Source: a virus
Taxonomy: Duplodnaviria > Caudoviricetes
DNA length: 64,000 nt
Virus record (IMG/VR): IMGVR_UViG_3300021387_000087
Reading direction: 5' to 3' (one strand)
How positions within the stretch are numbered: position 1 is the stretch's first letter; every line of letters begins with the position of its first letter. The notes beneath the pieces were generated by a model. That model searched no databases. It saw nothing but the letters and a program-made list of their open reading frames with translations, and was not told the DNA's origin. Both the position numbers and the translations under genes were made by a program. Of the stretch, positions 1-10,549 are shown piece after piece.

Positions 1-597
1 GGGATCAACGCACAGACCTTTCAGAGTCAGACGAACAGTTGCCGGGAACTTGTCAGCGGAGTTAAGAATATCAACACCCTCTGTAACGTTCCTGTCAAAT
101 TTAACAACATACTGAGACTCAGCAGTATCTGTAGGAGCAGTCAGCTTAGTACCTGCCAGACCAAATTCAGTTGCAGAAGCGGCAGTACCCTGAGTATAAG
201 CTTTACCCATAGCACCGTTGGTGCCCAGAGCATTAACAGTAATACGATTACCAGCGACAAAACCATTCAGATCAACAGTAGTACCAGCCTTAACTGTGAT
301 AATCTTAGGCATAACAATGACGTTATCAGCGGTAGCAATATTAGCTTCGTTACCAGACTGAGCAGCCATAACGTTCAGGTTAAGCATAGCGTTGGTTGCA
401 GTAAACTCACCAGTTTTTGCGTTCCAGAAGCGCTTAATCAGTGTACCGTCTTTATCAACGGCATCACGGGACTCAGCAGAAATTTCAATCGAAGCCTCGG
501 AAAGCTGAGTCAGGACATAAAGAGGCGTACCATCAAACTTTTCGGCATAGCCCATGGAAATTCTATCGATAATTAAATCACCAAGTTTAAAAGCCAT
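1..597 (-). CDS. Putative major tail tube protein (3' end runs off the window)
   Basis: Open frame from ATG at 597 (MAFKLGDLIIDRISMGYAEKFDGTPLYVLTQLSEASIEISAESRDAVDKDG...) after an AGGAAGG RBS. It follows the neck genes. It is missing from the ORF track, presumably because it has no stop in the window. Confidence 0.7.
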   Translation of the reverse strand, partial: MAFKLGDLIIDRISMGYAEKFDGTPLYVLTQLSEASIEISAESRDAVDKDGTLIKRFWNAKTGEFTATNAMLNLNVMAAQSGNEANIATADNVIVMPKIITVKAGTTVDLNGFVAGNRITVNALGTNGAMGKAYTQGTAASATEFGLAGTKLTAPTDTAESQYVVKFDRNVTEGVDILNSADKFPATVRLTLKGLCVDP

Positions 598-624
598 AGT
601 AATTACCTTCCTTTCTTATAATAT

Positions 625-1479
625 TTATTTTTTATCTTTTGCAATTCCCCTATCATATTCGTGTTTAATTTCACGCATGAAATTGAATTGCTCTTTATCT
701 ACTTTAGAAACATCAGCAAAGCCAGAATATGACCCATGTAAAAGTGCACTCGTAGATTCAATAATCTGTAATCTTTGTACACTATCCATAAATTCATAAT
801 ATCCAACCTGTTTTAATTCTTGCTTGTTATATTTGAAACCGGGATGATTTAAACATCCAGATATAAGTGGCAGAAGATAAGATGTAGAACTTTTATCTTC
901 ATCTTTTCTAGCATTTAATTTCATTTCTTCTTCTTCAATCATCCACTCTTTAGTAGTACGATCTTTGGCTTTTTCTATTTTGGGAAACATATTGAAAGTG
1001 CTTCTTAAATAATAAACAATCACATTATAACTATCTTCATCTAACTCGAAATCATTTTCAGGATTATAGAGGGTCGAATTTCGCAAGACTTTGATAATAT
1101 CTGTAATTCCCTTCTCATCAATATTTGTCCAATTTTCTTCAGGCAGAGTATATATTTCGAACTTAGAAAAATCCAAGTCTCCAAAAATCAATCGGGTCTG
1201 CTCTATACTCAAAGTTCTGTAAAGAATCATAAACAACTGATAATCATTTAAAAAAGTCCAATCAATATTCATATCTTTCCAAAGAAAAAGCCTGTAGCTA
1301 GTAGGATTAGCTGTAAATACATTTAACATCGTCCAGAAACTGGATTCACCATATTGTTTATCGTACTCTAATATATCTCCGATGGTAGGTTGATGAATGG
1401 TAATGAAATCATTAACTTTAAAATCATCTCCGTAGAATAATTGAAGCTGAGTAATATTAGAATTGACTGAAGTTGTCAT
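625..1479 (-). CDS. Hypothetical virion morphogenesis protein
   Basis: Long ORF between neck genes and tail tube; start at MTTSVN overlaps the upstream stop. Confidence 0.5.
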   Translation of the reverse strand: MTTSVNSNITQLQLFYGDDFKVNDFITIHQPTIGDILEYDKQYGESSFWTMLNVFTANPTSYRLFLWKDMNIDWTFLNDYQLFMILYRTLSIEQTRLIFGDLDFSKFEIYTLPEENWTNIDEKGITDIIKVLRNSTLYNPENDFELDEDSYNVIVYYLRSTFNMFPKIEKAKDRTTKEWMIEEEEMKLNARKDEDKSSTSYLLPLISGCLNHPGFKYNKQELKQVGYYEFMDSVQRLQIIESTSALLHGSYSGFADVSKVDKEQFNFMREIKHEYDRGIAKDKK

Positions 1480-2080
1480 AGTTATTATTCGTGCCCATAT
1501 GCCCATTAACGACATTGGGTGCTTTCATAAAGAATCTCATTCTACGGATATAATATTGTGCGTCAATAATCATAGGCTTATCTTCATAGCATCTGAGTTG
1601 TCTACCTAATGCGTTTGTCCAGCAGAGTAAATCACGAACGATATAACTAAGCAAGTCAGTGCGTGCTATACCATACTCAGTATCCATATCATCTTCATGA
1701 ACGACACAATATACTTCGATAAGCTCATTCTTAACAGCTTTACCACCACGATCGTATCTGTCTGTTTGATCCCATATATCAAACATTATAAAATTAAGCA
1801 CTTCCTTCTGTACCCCGTTTAATTTAATCCAAGGCACAATCTGGTCATGCTTAATCGCTTCATTATAATCTAATATTTCCTGACGTTTCTTTAATTCTTC
1901 TTCTGTAGGATTATCTTTATCCTTATATTTATTCAGGGGTTTAGGCTGTTTAGCACCTAATACCTCTTTGAGATCTGGGTCTTCATTAAATATTTTCATA
2001 AGTTCATCTTTTTTATAAATGATGTCGTTATTATGTCGATTGTCCAAATCTCGTTTTATATTGGCTATATCTCTTTTCAT
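1457..2080 (-). CDS. Putative tail terminator/neck protein
   Basis: Gene order; 207 aa with RTDLLSYIVRDLL segment. Confidence 0.45.
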   Translation of the reverse strand: MKRDIANIKRDLDNRHNNDIIYKKDELMKIFNEDPDLKEVLGAKQPKPLNKYKDKDNPTEEELKKRQEILDYNEAIKHDQIVPWIKLNGVQKEVLNFIMFDIWDQTDRYDRGGKAVKNELIEVYCVVHEDDMDTEYGIARTDLLSYIVRDLLCWTNALGRQLRCYEDKPMIIDAQYYIRRMRFFMKAPNVVNGHMGTNNNYDNFSQF

Positions 2081-3342
2081 CCTATTACCTCCACATCCAT
2101 GGTAGAGCGGCTTTCACCATCCAAATCAGTAACAGTAAGAACAAAAGTATGCCCAATTAAAGTAGATGCTTTCTTAGGATGAATTGAAATGATATTATCA
2201 TCAATTTTATCCATCACCATTAATCTATCTAAACGATTAATTTCAACATCCGTTAATCCATCATTGTCTTTTAATTCTAGTTTCCATTCTGACTTTCTAT
2301 TGGGATCAATAACCTGTTCTCCACCAACAGTTCCTGTATAATATTCCGCAACAAAATAATATGTACCATTCAATTGCAATTTGTTATAATCTGTATCCCT
2401 AATACTTTGGTCAACATAATCAATTTCTAATTCACCATTATCATTAACATGTGCCGTATAAATGTAACTGGTAAGTGTGCTTTCTTGAGGCTCCGCTTCA
2501 GGAATAATGATTTGCGTTTCGCCTGTATCATCATAATAATTACAAATCAAAAGTTCACGATTATCACGTTTTTCGTCCCACTCATCCTGTTTAAGAGTTA
2601 AATTAATAACGCCCATAGGGTTAAGGTCAACTACTTTTGTAATTTCATAAACTTTGGGATTGATTTTATTATGTGACATAACAAAACGTTGCTCATACGA
2701 CATATATCGAGTGTCACAAAGATTGTATTTTTTTAATCCCTCGTCACCATAAAGGTAATGAGTATCGGGCACCCAACCATTCGTAACGTTATCAAGACCA
2801 ACTGTATAATCAGCTGCCCAAACACCGCTTGTATATGAATTAGCGTTTCTTGAACATCCGATAATATGCATCAATTCCATTTTTCCATGAACCTTACACA
2901 TCCACTTAAAATCCCAGTTACATTTTAAAATATTATATCTAACAAACTGTGCTTCATCATTCCGATTAACAATCATCCACAATTTATCCATATCAAACCC
3001 TTCATCTTTAAAAGGGTCGTCAGGTTCATATTCTTCAAAACCAATTTCATCATTCGTATCATTAGGTATAAATACATATACTCCAATTGGATAATGGACT
3101 TTAGGTCTAAATTGCAGATAATAATCCACGGCATCTTTTAATATTGATACGGTAGCATGTTTGGAATATTTGGCATCTTCATAATGCCAACCATTTTCAG
3201 GGTCAAGTATATATACACGTTTGTATCCTGTGTCACCAGTAAAGGCAGCATTCATTATCATATCAGACTGATTACGTCTAGCTTGTGATAAGTTTTTACC
3301 TCTACTGGTCAACATTGATTTATACATATCCTGTGTAATCAA
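2077..3342 (-). CDS. Putative head-closure protein with C-terminal beta-rich extension
   Basis: Position after adaptor genes; 421 aa. Confidence 0.45.
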   Translation of the reverse strand: MITQDMYKSMLTSRGKNLSQARRNQSDMIMNAAFTGDTGYKRVYILDPENGWHYEDAKYSKHATVSILKDAVDYYLQFRPKVHYPIGVYVFIPNDTNDEIGFEEYEPDDPFKDEGFDMDKLWMIVNRNDEAQFVRYNILKCNWDFKWMCKVHGKMELMHIIGCSRNANSYTSGVWAADYTVGLDNVTNGWVPDTHYLYGDEGLKKYNLCDTRYMSYEQRFVMSHNKINPKVYEITKVVDLNPMGVINLTLKQDEWDEKRDNRELLICNYYDDTGETQIIIPEAEPQESTLTSYIYTAHVNDNGELEIDYVDQSIRDTDYNKLQLNGTYYFVAEYYTGTVGGEQVIDPNRKSEWKLELKDNDGLTDVEINRLDRLMVMDKIDDNIISIHPKKASTLIGHTFVLTVTDLDGESRSTMDVEVIG

Positions 3343-3348
3343 ACCACA

Positions 3349-3678
3349 TCACTCCACGCCAATTTTATCAACGAGATTATGTGCGTCTAATACAAATTTT
3401 CTATATACTTGATAATCAAACTGCTCATTACAAGATTCCCGATAAGCAGCTTGCAATTTACAACAAATATCTATTATTGGCTCAGGATAGCAGAGCAATT
3501 CATTTAGCCCATCTATCTCCTTCATGAGATTCACAAAATATTTTGGGAAATCTACACTTTCATAATTTTGTGCGGTTTTCGGATCTTTATAGAGAAGTAG
3601 CCAAAATAATTTTTTATGGAGTTTACTTTTGAATTCAGCAACTTGTGCATCACTGAATTTACCGTAGAGATATTCCAT
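3349..3678 (-). CDS. Hypothetical head-tail region protein
   Basis: Translationally coupled ORF in the structural operon. Confidence 0.5.
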   Translation of the reverse strand: MEYLYGKFSDAQVAEFKSKLHKKLFWLLLYKDPKTAQNYESVDFPKYFVNLMKEIDGLNELLCYPEPIIDICCKLQAAYRESCNEQFDYQVYRKFVLDAHNLVDKIGVE

Positions 3679-4244
3679 TAGGACTCACCACTCCTTAGTC
3701 TGGATGAATATGAGGTGCCATCAATATATGAATTATTAGTTAAACCACGATCTCTGATAAGTTTTCTTTGTAAATAAATTGCTTTATCTAAAACTTCATT
3801 ATTTACAGCAGTATGATTAGCTTGTGCATAAAATTTCTCTGCGCTAGTACCATACATCTGTGTAAGATTCACGGTACTAAACACCAACGGCATAAGCCAC
3901 TGTACAATCATTCCATACCCAATAACATCTGCAATAAATATCTTATCTAAAGATTCATTAATTTCTCTTACTAATTCATATTCAATATGTCCTTCAACAA
4001 TAACAGGTTCGCCTGTTTCTTCATCCACAACAACTTCACCATCTTCGTCCAGCTTTTCAGTTGGATCATTAATGGTAATGTTGTTAAACAGTCTGCTTAC
4101 ATAAGGGTCACTAACAGCGGAATAAATTAAACCCCATAAAAATTCATTCCGATATTCATCTGTGATATCTTCTGTAAACAAATTAAGTATCTCCCCCTTC
4201 CGAAGAAAGGAGGAGATTAATTCGTCATATGTAATAGTAGGCAT
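3678..4244 (-). CDS. Putative head-tail adaptor
   Basis: Position downstream of the capsid gene; GGAGG RBS. Confidence 0.45.
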   Translation of the reverse strand: MPTITYDELISSFLRKGEILNLFTEDITDEYRNEFLWGLIYSAVSDPYVSRLFNNITINDPTEKLDEDGEVVVDEETGEPVIVEGHIEYELVREINESLDKIFIADVIGYGMIVQWLMPLVFSTVNLTQMYGTSAEKFYAQANHTAVNNEVLDKAIYLQRKLIRDRGLTNNSYIDGTSYSSRLRSGES

Positions 4245-4264
4245 TGGACTACCTCCTATTCACA

Positions 4265-4846
4265 TTATTCTGTATCGCTATTTAGCCCAGTCAGAATAGC
4301 CAAGTCAGTGCCCCAAGCACCATCTAAAGCCCTGATAGTAGAAATGCTATCAAGTTCACCTGTTCTGACCATGTCAGCAGCAACACTCTTCATACTATCT
4401 ACAACGCCAGCGGGCAGATTAGGAAGAATTGCCTGAACTTCCCTTACAGGTCTTTTAAGTAAAGCCTTTAAATCCGATACCGGATAAAGATTCTCATAGA
4501 ACTGCTTTAATTTAGGAAACTCATTAATAAAGTCCTGATCTTCGACAATAATCATAGGACGGAAGAGTAGATTAGTGCCAGCACGTACTTCTGCTACCAA
4601 ATCCTGATATTCAATACCAATTGTGTCATTTCTACCCAAAAACGTGTAAATCATATTAGTTCTTTTGCCAAGAAGATGTGTTTTACCAACAAGTACAGAC
4701 TTACAAGGAATTCTGTCATCAGATGCAAACTTCCTCTTTTCTGAGACAGTCTTCTTTGTTTCTACAACTTCAGGCTCAATCACAACATTCTCAGCAATTG
4801 TAGGTGCAGGTGTAATAACCTGCGTTTTCTTAGCACTTCTTGCCAT
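4265..4846 (-). CDS. Hypothetical protein directly downstream of the major capsid gene
   Basis: 193 aa ORF with AGGAG RBS. Confidence 0.55.
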   Translation of the reverse strand: MARSAKKTQVITPAPTIAENVVIEPEVVETKKTVSEKRKFASDDRIPCKSVLVGKTHLLGKRTNMIYTFLGRNDTIGIEYQDLVAEVRAGTNLLFRPMIIVEDQDFINEFPKLKQFYENLYPVSDLKALLKRPVREVQAILPNLPAGVVDSMKSVAADMVRTGELDSISTIRALDGAWGTDLAILTGLNSDTE

Positions 4847-4884
4847 AATTCTTTACTCCTTTTAAATCCAATATTTAATTATTA

Positions 4885-5988
4885 TTAGGCGGGAAGAGTC
4901 CACATACCGAAATAACGACCAAGCTGAACGCCCACGCCGAAGCCACGGGTCATTTCATACTTCATAACGTCATCCCAACGACCGTTCTCTTCACCCTTCT
5001 CGGTGACCTGATAAATCTCGGTCTCACCCTGATCAACGACCTTGACAAACTTATCCTCGATAACAGGCAGAATAAGTAAAATCTTATCATCAAAAGCTTT
5101 CTGAGTCAGGGACTTATCCAAATAACGCTGAGGAATCTCAACCAGCTCAGTTCCCTCGTAAGTACCAAGTCTACCAGTATTAGCAACAGACTCCTTCTGA
5201 GACTGTGCTCTCCAGTCAACATCAGTCAGAGCGTTCAGTTTCTTCAGAGCAGTTTTAGTACCAACAATAATAGCTTCACACCCATTAATGGTTTCGACTT
5301 CTGTGATAATCTCATCAAAAGTATCTTTAACCAAAGTGTTATTACCAATCAGAGTAGGAGAAGCGGGAAGCTTCTTATAAGCATCGCCAAATGCCGCATA
5401 AATCTGATTAATAAGTTCAGTCTGGAATGCCTTAGCAACTGCATTCACCAGTGCAGCCCAATCTTCTTGACCAACAAGATAACGATCAATCTGTGCGCCA
5501 ACAGCAGCACCATAGACTTCCTGCTTAACAGTAAATCTTTCGCCCCTGCCAAGTCTCTGGAGTACGAAATCATGATGCTGACCAGAAACCTTAGCAACAC
5601 TCAGAAGAGTGTCATCCTCAGTTACGAATTCAATAATATCATCATTGGCGATAGAACGTCTGTCAACATACTGCATGAAGAAATCGTTCTCACGAAGTCC
5701 TTCCTCAATCTTCAGATCAACAACTTCCTCGATAACTTCAAACAGCTCTTCGCCGTGCTTACGCATTGCACGATGCAGAGTGCGTTTAGTAGGCTTCTCT
5801 TCATGAATATCAAGAATCTGATAAACGAATTTTCTCAGCTTATCATTAGCTTCCTGCTTACCAATAACCTTGCCATCATCAACAATATCATTGCCCATAG
5901 CAAGATCAAACATCAGATTGCGAACAGACTCATAAGGAGTCTCCGCAAAGATATTTCTAAGGTGTTCAGTAGAAAATACTTTAATCAT
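4885..5988 (-). CDS. Major capsid protein (SPbeta YonB-like position)
   Basis: 367 aa, follows protease/scaffold and decoration genes, highly-expressed-type codon usage. Confidence 0.8.
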   Translation of the reverse strand: MIKVFSTEHLRNIFAETPYESVRNLMFDLAMGNDIVDDGKVIGKQEANDKLRKFVYQILDIHEEKPTKRTLHRAMRKHGEELFEVIEEVVDLKIEEGLRENDFFMQYVDRRSIANDDIIEFVTEDDTLLSVAKVSGQHHDFVLQRLGRGERFTVKQEVYGAAVGAQIDRYLVGQEDWAALVNAVAKAFQTELINQIYAAFGDAYKKLPASPTLIGNNTLVKDTFDEIITEVETINGCEAIIVGTKTALKKLNALTDVDWRAQSQKESVANTGRLGTYEGTELVEIPQRYLDKSLTQKAFDDKILLILPVIEDKFVKVVDQGETEIYQVTEKGEENGRWDDVMKYEMTRGFGVGVQLGRYFGMWTLPA

Positions 5989-6016
5989 ATCGCTTTATCC
6001 TCCTTTCTATAGTCTA

Positions 6017-6478
6017 TTACGCTGCAACGACATACTTGCCGTCTGCAAAAGATACTGTCTTGCCAACAGCGGGTATACCTTGGAATCCCTCGACAGACAT
6101 CTCAAAGATATCGCCCTTAACCAGAGAATAACCCTTAACAACATCACCAGTCTTATTCACCCATGCTTTAGGATTTTCGGTCTGAGGAATATCATAAGGA
6201 GTAATTTCAGGCATCAGAATCCAAAGCGCCTCTGTAGCTTCAGTAACTTCAACATACCAATTACCATTAGCGGCCTGCTCAACAATCTTACCCGCAAAAG
6301 TAGGAGCAGCCGCCTCTTTATAAGTACCAAGTTTAATGTAATCGCCACGACCAACCAGTTCACCATTATCGTGATCAGCAGTCAGTTCGATATCAAAAAT
6401 GTGTCCACCACCATTAGCTGCAAGCAGTCTGGAAGGGAACGCTTCGTTATGTGTAAAAACAAAAGCAATATCAATCAT
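6017..6478 (-). CDS. Putative capsid decoration/stabilising protein
   Basis: 153 aa beta-rich ORF between scaffold and capsid genes. Confidence 0.55.
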   Translation of the reverse strand: MIDIAFVFTHNEAFPSRLLAANGGGHIFDIELTADHDNGELVGRGDYIKLGTYKEAAAPTFAGKIVEQAANGNWYVEVTEATEALWILMPEITPYDIPQTENPKAWVNKTGDVVKGYSLVKGDIFEMSVEGFQGIPAVGKTVSFADGKYVVAA

Positions 6479-6512
6479 AACGTTTAACTCCTTTCTTAAA
6501 ATTTAATAAATA

Positions 6513-8165
6513 TTAGTCAAAGAGATTTCCATATCTCTTGTTGCTATCAGCAGATTTTCCCTCAGGAACTCTAAATAGAGAGAACTTGTGCTGATTAGTG
6601 TCCTTTGCGACATGCGTCTTTTTGCTATTGGATTTAGCATAAGAAAGCAGAAGAGCATCGCATTTAGCTTGAATTTCATCAGCAGAATATTCAGAAGCCT
6701 TTGCTTTGATTTCTGCAAATTCGGCAGAACCAGAAATATCATTCCAATCTTCAGAATTAATAATTGCTTCTTTACGAGAATCTTCTTCGGCTTGCTGATA
6801 TTTAGCCAATTCATCAGACATAGCAGAATACTTAGAACGCATATTCTCAATTTCAGCTTCCTCAGTATCTGTTACATAAATTGCATGAACAGGTATTCTG
6901 TCACCCTTGAGAGAGAAGACGCCAGCACGTTCGCCATAAGACTGACGATAAGCACTACCAGCCCAAATGTCTACCATTACAAGTTCTTTATCATAAACAA
7001 TTACATTGTAATAAGTGTTATCAGCCTCAGAATAAGCATCATTAACCAGAGTAGAAAGCGCATAAATTTTATCATTCAGAGACACAGCAAATTCTTTGCC
7101 ATTAACACTATAGGCGATAGAGTTGTCAATCTTTTTAACTGGTTCATCATCATCTTGTGCACCATCTTCACCTTCGTCCGCTTCAGGTTCAGGATCTGTT
7201 TCAGGCTCTTCGGGTTCTGCTTCTCCCTCAGAATCATCACCTTCAGCACCCTCATCTCCAGATTCAGGATTATCTTCAAAATTCGATTCAGGAGTAGGAT
7301 CAGCTTCAGCATTACCAAACATCTCTTCGAATTTAGCTTTCAGCTCTTCATCTGTCAGATTATCATGCTCAAAAGTGATATCTTCAGCAGTCACATTGTA
7401 CTGCTCCAACAGTTGCTCAAATAAGCCCATATCATCTTTTCCTCCTTTCATAGAATTTTGATCTATCTCAAATGTGGCTTTATCCACATTGAAATTTAAT
7501 AAAGATATATTAGCACCTTCCATGGCTGGCTCTACTGTCGAACCATCTTCATAATATCCAAGGATAGTAATTCCTTTAAACACAAAATCATCAATATTTA
7601 AAATCTTTTCCTTGGCATCATATGAAAAATCATAAACATCAATTTCTACAGATACAGGACATTGACCGTCCGCATCCATAAGAATTTCAGGTGCTTTTGT
7701 GTACCCCTCATAAAGATAAGCATCTGTTTCAATATATTCTTTATCTTTATCAGCATCATATACTAATTCTGGTTTAGCATCGGTAGGAACATGACCTACA
7801 GGAATCTCATCATAAACAATTTCCCCATTTTCACCCTCGTGCATTGCATGCCAACCAAAAACATTTTTCTGCTCTCCATCAATCTCAAGCTGATGGATAT
7901 ACGCTAAAATAGGTCGATTCTTAATACTTTTTAAGTTCTTTTTCATAGAACTGTAAGTAATCTGACTTCTATTTCTATTTTTACCTACGTGAGCAGCTTT
8001 TAAATGCGCTTTTACAAGACCATCTTTATCTGTATCTTTATTAAAAGATAGAGATCCCTCAAGCCCGATAGCCACAAATGAGCCACCAAATTCGTCTTTA
8101 GAAAACTTCAGATTACTTCCTTTATTTACCAGATAATCATAAAAAGCGTCTATACTAATAAACAT
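6513..8165 (-). CDS. Prohead protease-scaffold fusion (YonD-like)
   Basis: HVGKNRNRS, VSVEI, GITILG and EPAMEGA protease-type motifs, then an acidic linker and coiled coil; GGAGG RBS before ATG 8165. Confidence 0.75.
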   Translation of the reverse strand: MFISIDAFYDYLVNKGSNLKFSKDEFGGSFVAIGLEGSLSFNKDTDKDGLVKAHLKAAHVGKNRNRSQITYSSMKKNLKSIKNRPILAYIHQLEIDGEQKNVFGWHAMHEGENGEIVYDEIPVGHVPTDAKPELVYDADKDKEYIETDAYLYEGYTKAPEILMDADGQCPVSVEIDVYDFSYDAKEKILNIDDFVFKGITILGYYEDGSTVEPAMEGANISLLNFNVDKATFEIDQNSMKGGKDDMGLFEQLLEQYNVTAEDITFEHDNLTDEELKAKFEEMFGNAEADPTPESNFEDNPESGDEGAEGDDSEGEAEPEEPETDPEPEADEGEDGAQDDDEPVKKIDNSIAYSVNGKEFAVSLNDKIYALSTLVNDAYSEADNTYYNVIVYDKELVMVDIWAGSAYRQSYGERAGVFSLKGDRIPVHAIYVTDTEEAEIENMRSKYSAMSDELAKYQQAEEDSRKEAIINSEDWNDISGSAEFAEIKAKASEYSADEIQAKCDALLLSYAKSNSKKTHVAKDTNQHKFSLFRVPEGKSADSNKRYGNLFD

Positions 8166-8178
8166 GATTACACCTCCT

Positions 8179-8367
8179 TTATAAATGCACCGTTCTTGAA
8201 AAGGTACATTTATCAACAGGAATAGTGCTATATTTTCCGTCTTCAAAACGACCTATATTCACAAATACAAACTGACTTCCTTCTTTTTCCATTTCGGGAT
8301 AACCAGCCTGTCTAAGCATTTCAGCTACCTCTGCATCAGAGGTTTTAATAAACGGCATTTTTTCCAT
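8179..8367 (-). CDS. Small hypothetical protein
   Basis: 62 aa with AGGAGG RBS between portal and protease. Confidence 0.55.
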   Translation of the reverse strand: MEKMPFIKTSDAEVAEMLRQAGYPEMEKEGSQFVFVNIGRFEDGKYSTIPVDKCTFSRTVHL

Positions 8368-8381
8368 TGTTAAACCTCCTT

Positions 8382-9983
8382 TTATCCATTTGACCTGTCT
8401 CTTTTCTCCCTAGTTGCTTCTCCATCGTCCGTAAGTGACCCATCATCAGACTCTGGTCTACCAACCTCACCATCACTATTACCAGAAGACGTATGACTAG
8501 ATGCAAGAGGACTATTAAACTTATCAGACAGACCAAGAATATTTTCTTCAAGATAATTAGTAGCCAACGACTCGTATTCACTAATACCACTTAATGTATT
8601 AAGTGCAAGTTTTACAGGAAGACCATAAGTGCCATTTTCTAGCAACTCTTTCCTAAAGTCCTCTTTTGTATAAGCACTAATAGGGAAGAACACTACTTTA
8701 CAAGGTGCGCTCAGATTATAAGTTGCATATCTATTAACCCATCCTTGAGTCTGTCCAAGTAAAGAACTGATTGCCAATTCTGTATCAACCTTCATTGCCA
8801 GTTTCAGACCAGTTGTACCTGTAATAGATATACTATTCAATACCTGTCCACCCATACCAGAATTAAGTACATTTTCTGTAGCTTTAGTCACCTTATTACT
8901 ATTAGTAGTAGCATCATTGTCACTAAAACCAATGGTATTTAATTTTCCGGGCACGATAACGGCAGAAGTGTAATCTGGCAATGCTTCTTCACACATTCTA
9001 TTAAAATATTGGATAATTATTTCGGGATCTACCTTCCAATCATCAATATTTTTACTTCCTGCTATTGTTTCCATTTCTATCCAAATTAATTTATAAATGT
9101 CTTGTTCATCTGCAATGGCTTGAAAATCTTTAACATCCTCTAAATTAATTAACTCAGCAAATAAGCCAGAATAATATGGAACAATCACTTTCCAATCTTC
9201 TATATTTAATTTTAAACAAACAGTATATTCTTCTGGAAATACTTGCCATTTAAAATCATCACCGCCAGATTGATATTGGCGATACATTGATTCAAAAGGT
9301 TCTCCCCAATATTCCAGTAGATAGTTATACGTGCCTGTAAAATATGACATATCCATGGCAAATGCAAAATCACCAGTAGGAAATCTACCCGCAATCTTAC
9401 AATAGTCTGGATCAAGCGGAAGAATAAATAATCCATTATCATCGTCATAATAAGCACAACCATAAAATACATCTTGAAGAAAACAAATAAGATATATCAT
9501 CAAGAATTTTTGCTGAAGGTCAAGACTGTCAATAAACTTAGCTGTTTCAGCATATTCTTTTAATATTTTCTTGTCATTTTGTGTATTAGCAGTTACATCA
9601 TAATTAGGAATAATACGCCTTGCATCTAATTCAAACATAGTCGCATTATAATTGATAAGTTTCTTGTACATTTGTGATCGATAATAAAGATACCAAGAAA
9701 GATTCCTTAAATTCTTTTCATTATTACCAATATTTTTTAAATAAGAAAGAAGTTTGCCTTTATCAAAAGTAGGAATGGCTTTTCTTGTGTTTTTTGTCAC
9801 ATCTGTAATTTGCTTGAATGAATTTTGAGCTGCTTCAAAATTCTTTAATTTATTGTAATTATCATTATAAAAAGACTGTAATTCAGAAACCGTCTTTTCA
9901 CCATGTTGAGTATTTATTAACTCTCGTGCCGGAGTTGCATTCGACACATTGCGATTTTTTCTTCTTTTACGTGCCATAAGCAC
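8382..9983 (-). CDS. Portal protein (YonE-like)
   Basis: 533 aa between terminase and protease; C-terminal GRP motif. Confidence 0.8.
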   Translation of the reverse strand: MLMARKRRKNRNVSNATPARELINTQHGEKTVSELQSFYNDNYNKLKNFEAAQNSFKQITDVTKNTRKAIPTFDKGKLLSYLKNIGNNEKNLRNLSWYLYYRSQMYKKLINYNATMFELDARRIIPNYDVTANTQNDKKILKEYAETAKFIDSLDLQQKFLMIYLICFLQDVFYGCAYYDDDNGLFILPLDPDYCKIAGRFPTGDFAFAMDMSYFTGTYNYLLEYWGEPFESMYRQYQSGGDDFKWQVFPEEYTVCLKLNIEDWKVIVPYYSGLFAELINLEDVKDFQAIADEQDIYKLIWIEMETIAGSKNIDDWKVDPEIIIQYFNRMCEEALPDYTSAVIVPGKLNTIGFSDNDATTNSNKVTKATENVLNSGMGGQVLNSISITGTTGLKLAMKVDTELAISSLLGQTQGWVNRYATYNLSAPCKVVFFPISAYTKEDFRKELLENGTYGLPVKLALNTLSGISEYESLATNYLEENILGLSDKFNSPLASSHTSSGNSDGEVGRPESDDGSLTDDGEATREKRDRSNG

Positions 9984-9988
9984 CCTCC

Positions 9989-10549
9989 TTAAATTATTCT
10001 ATTATTTCTTGTGCGTCCTCTTCTAATAGGAAGACTATATACAAGTTGTTCTACATCTGACATAGTAGGTTTTAATTGTAATTCTAATTGTTTCATACAC
10101 CAGTAATTATATGAAAGAGAAGAGTAACGGTCTTTTCTGTTACCTTTTGTCTCAAACACTTTCAACTTACCATCTTTATAATAGCCTTTTAATTTTACCA
10201 ATTCAAAAATAGCGGCAGACGTTTCTGCATATGATTTAAGCAATTCGCCTTTTTCATATACAGTTAATTTCTTATACCCCTTGAATTCTTTAGAAAGATA
10301 TATTTCCGCATCATTCTCAGATACTAAGAAATCAACATTACCATTTTGAATTGCGTTACGAAGTAAAAGACAATATATACTGTTAGAATCAGCTGATGCT
10401 TTTACAGAATAAACAACTTTTTTAGCGTCACGAACTTTACAACGCTGTGCCATTTCATCATTATTACAGCAAGTTAATGCTTTATAAGTGTTCCCTGTTT
10501 CAGGATCATATTGGTCTTTTATAATATAGTCGTACACTCCTAGACCTAC
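9989..10549 (-). CDS. terL: Terminase large subunit, exon 2 (nuclease domain)
   Basis: Begins VGLGVYD and contains RKDRYSSLSY; joins exon 1 in frame to give IDTNG|VGLGVYD. Confidence 0.88.
   Translation of the reverse strand, partial: VGLGVYDYIIKDQYDPETGNTYKALTCCNNDEMAQRCKVRDAKKVVYSVKASADSNSIYCLLLRNAIQNGNVDFLVSENDAEIYLSKEFKGYKKLTVYEKGELLKSYAETSAAIFELVKLKGYYKDGKLKVFETKGNRKDRYSSLSYNYWCMKQLELQLKPTMSDVEQLVYSLPIRRGRTRNNRII

Noticed and set aside
5467-7461. Plus-strand ORFs opposite capsid and scaffold genes
   Set aside because: Antisense shadows of strongly biased coding sequence, without RBS or motifs.
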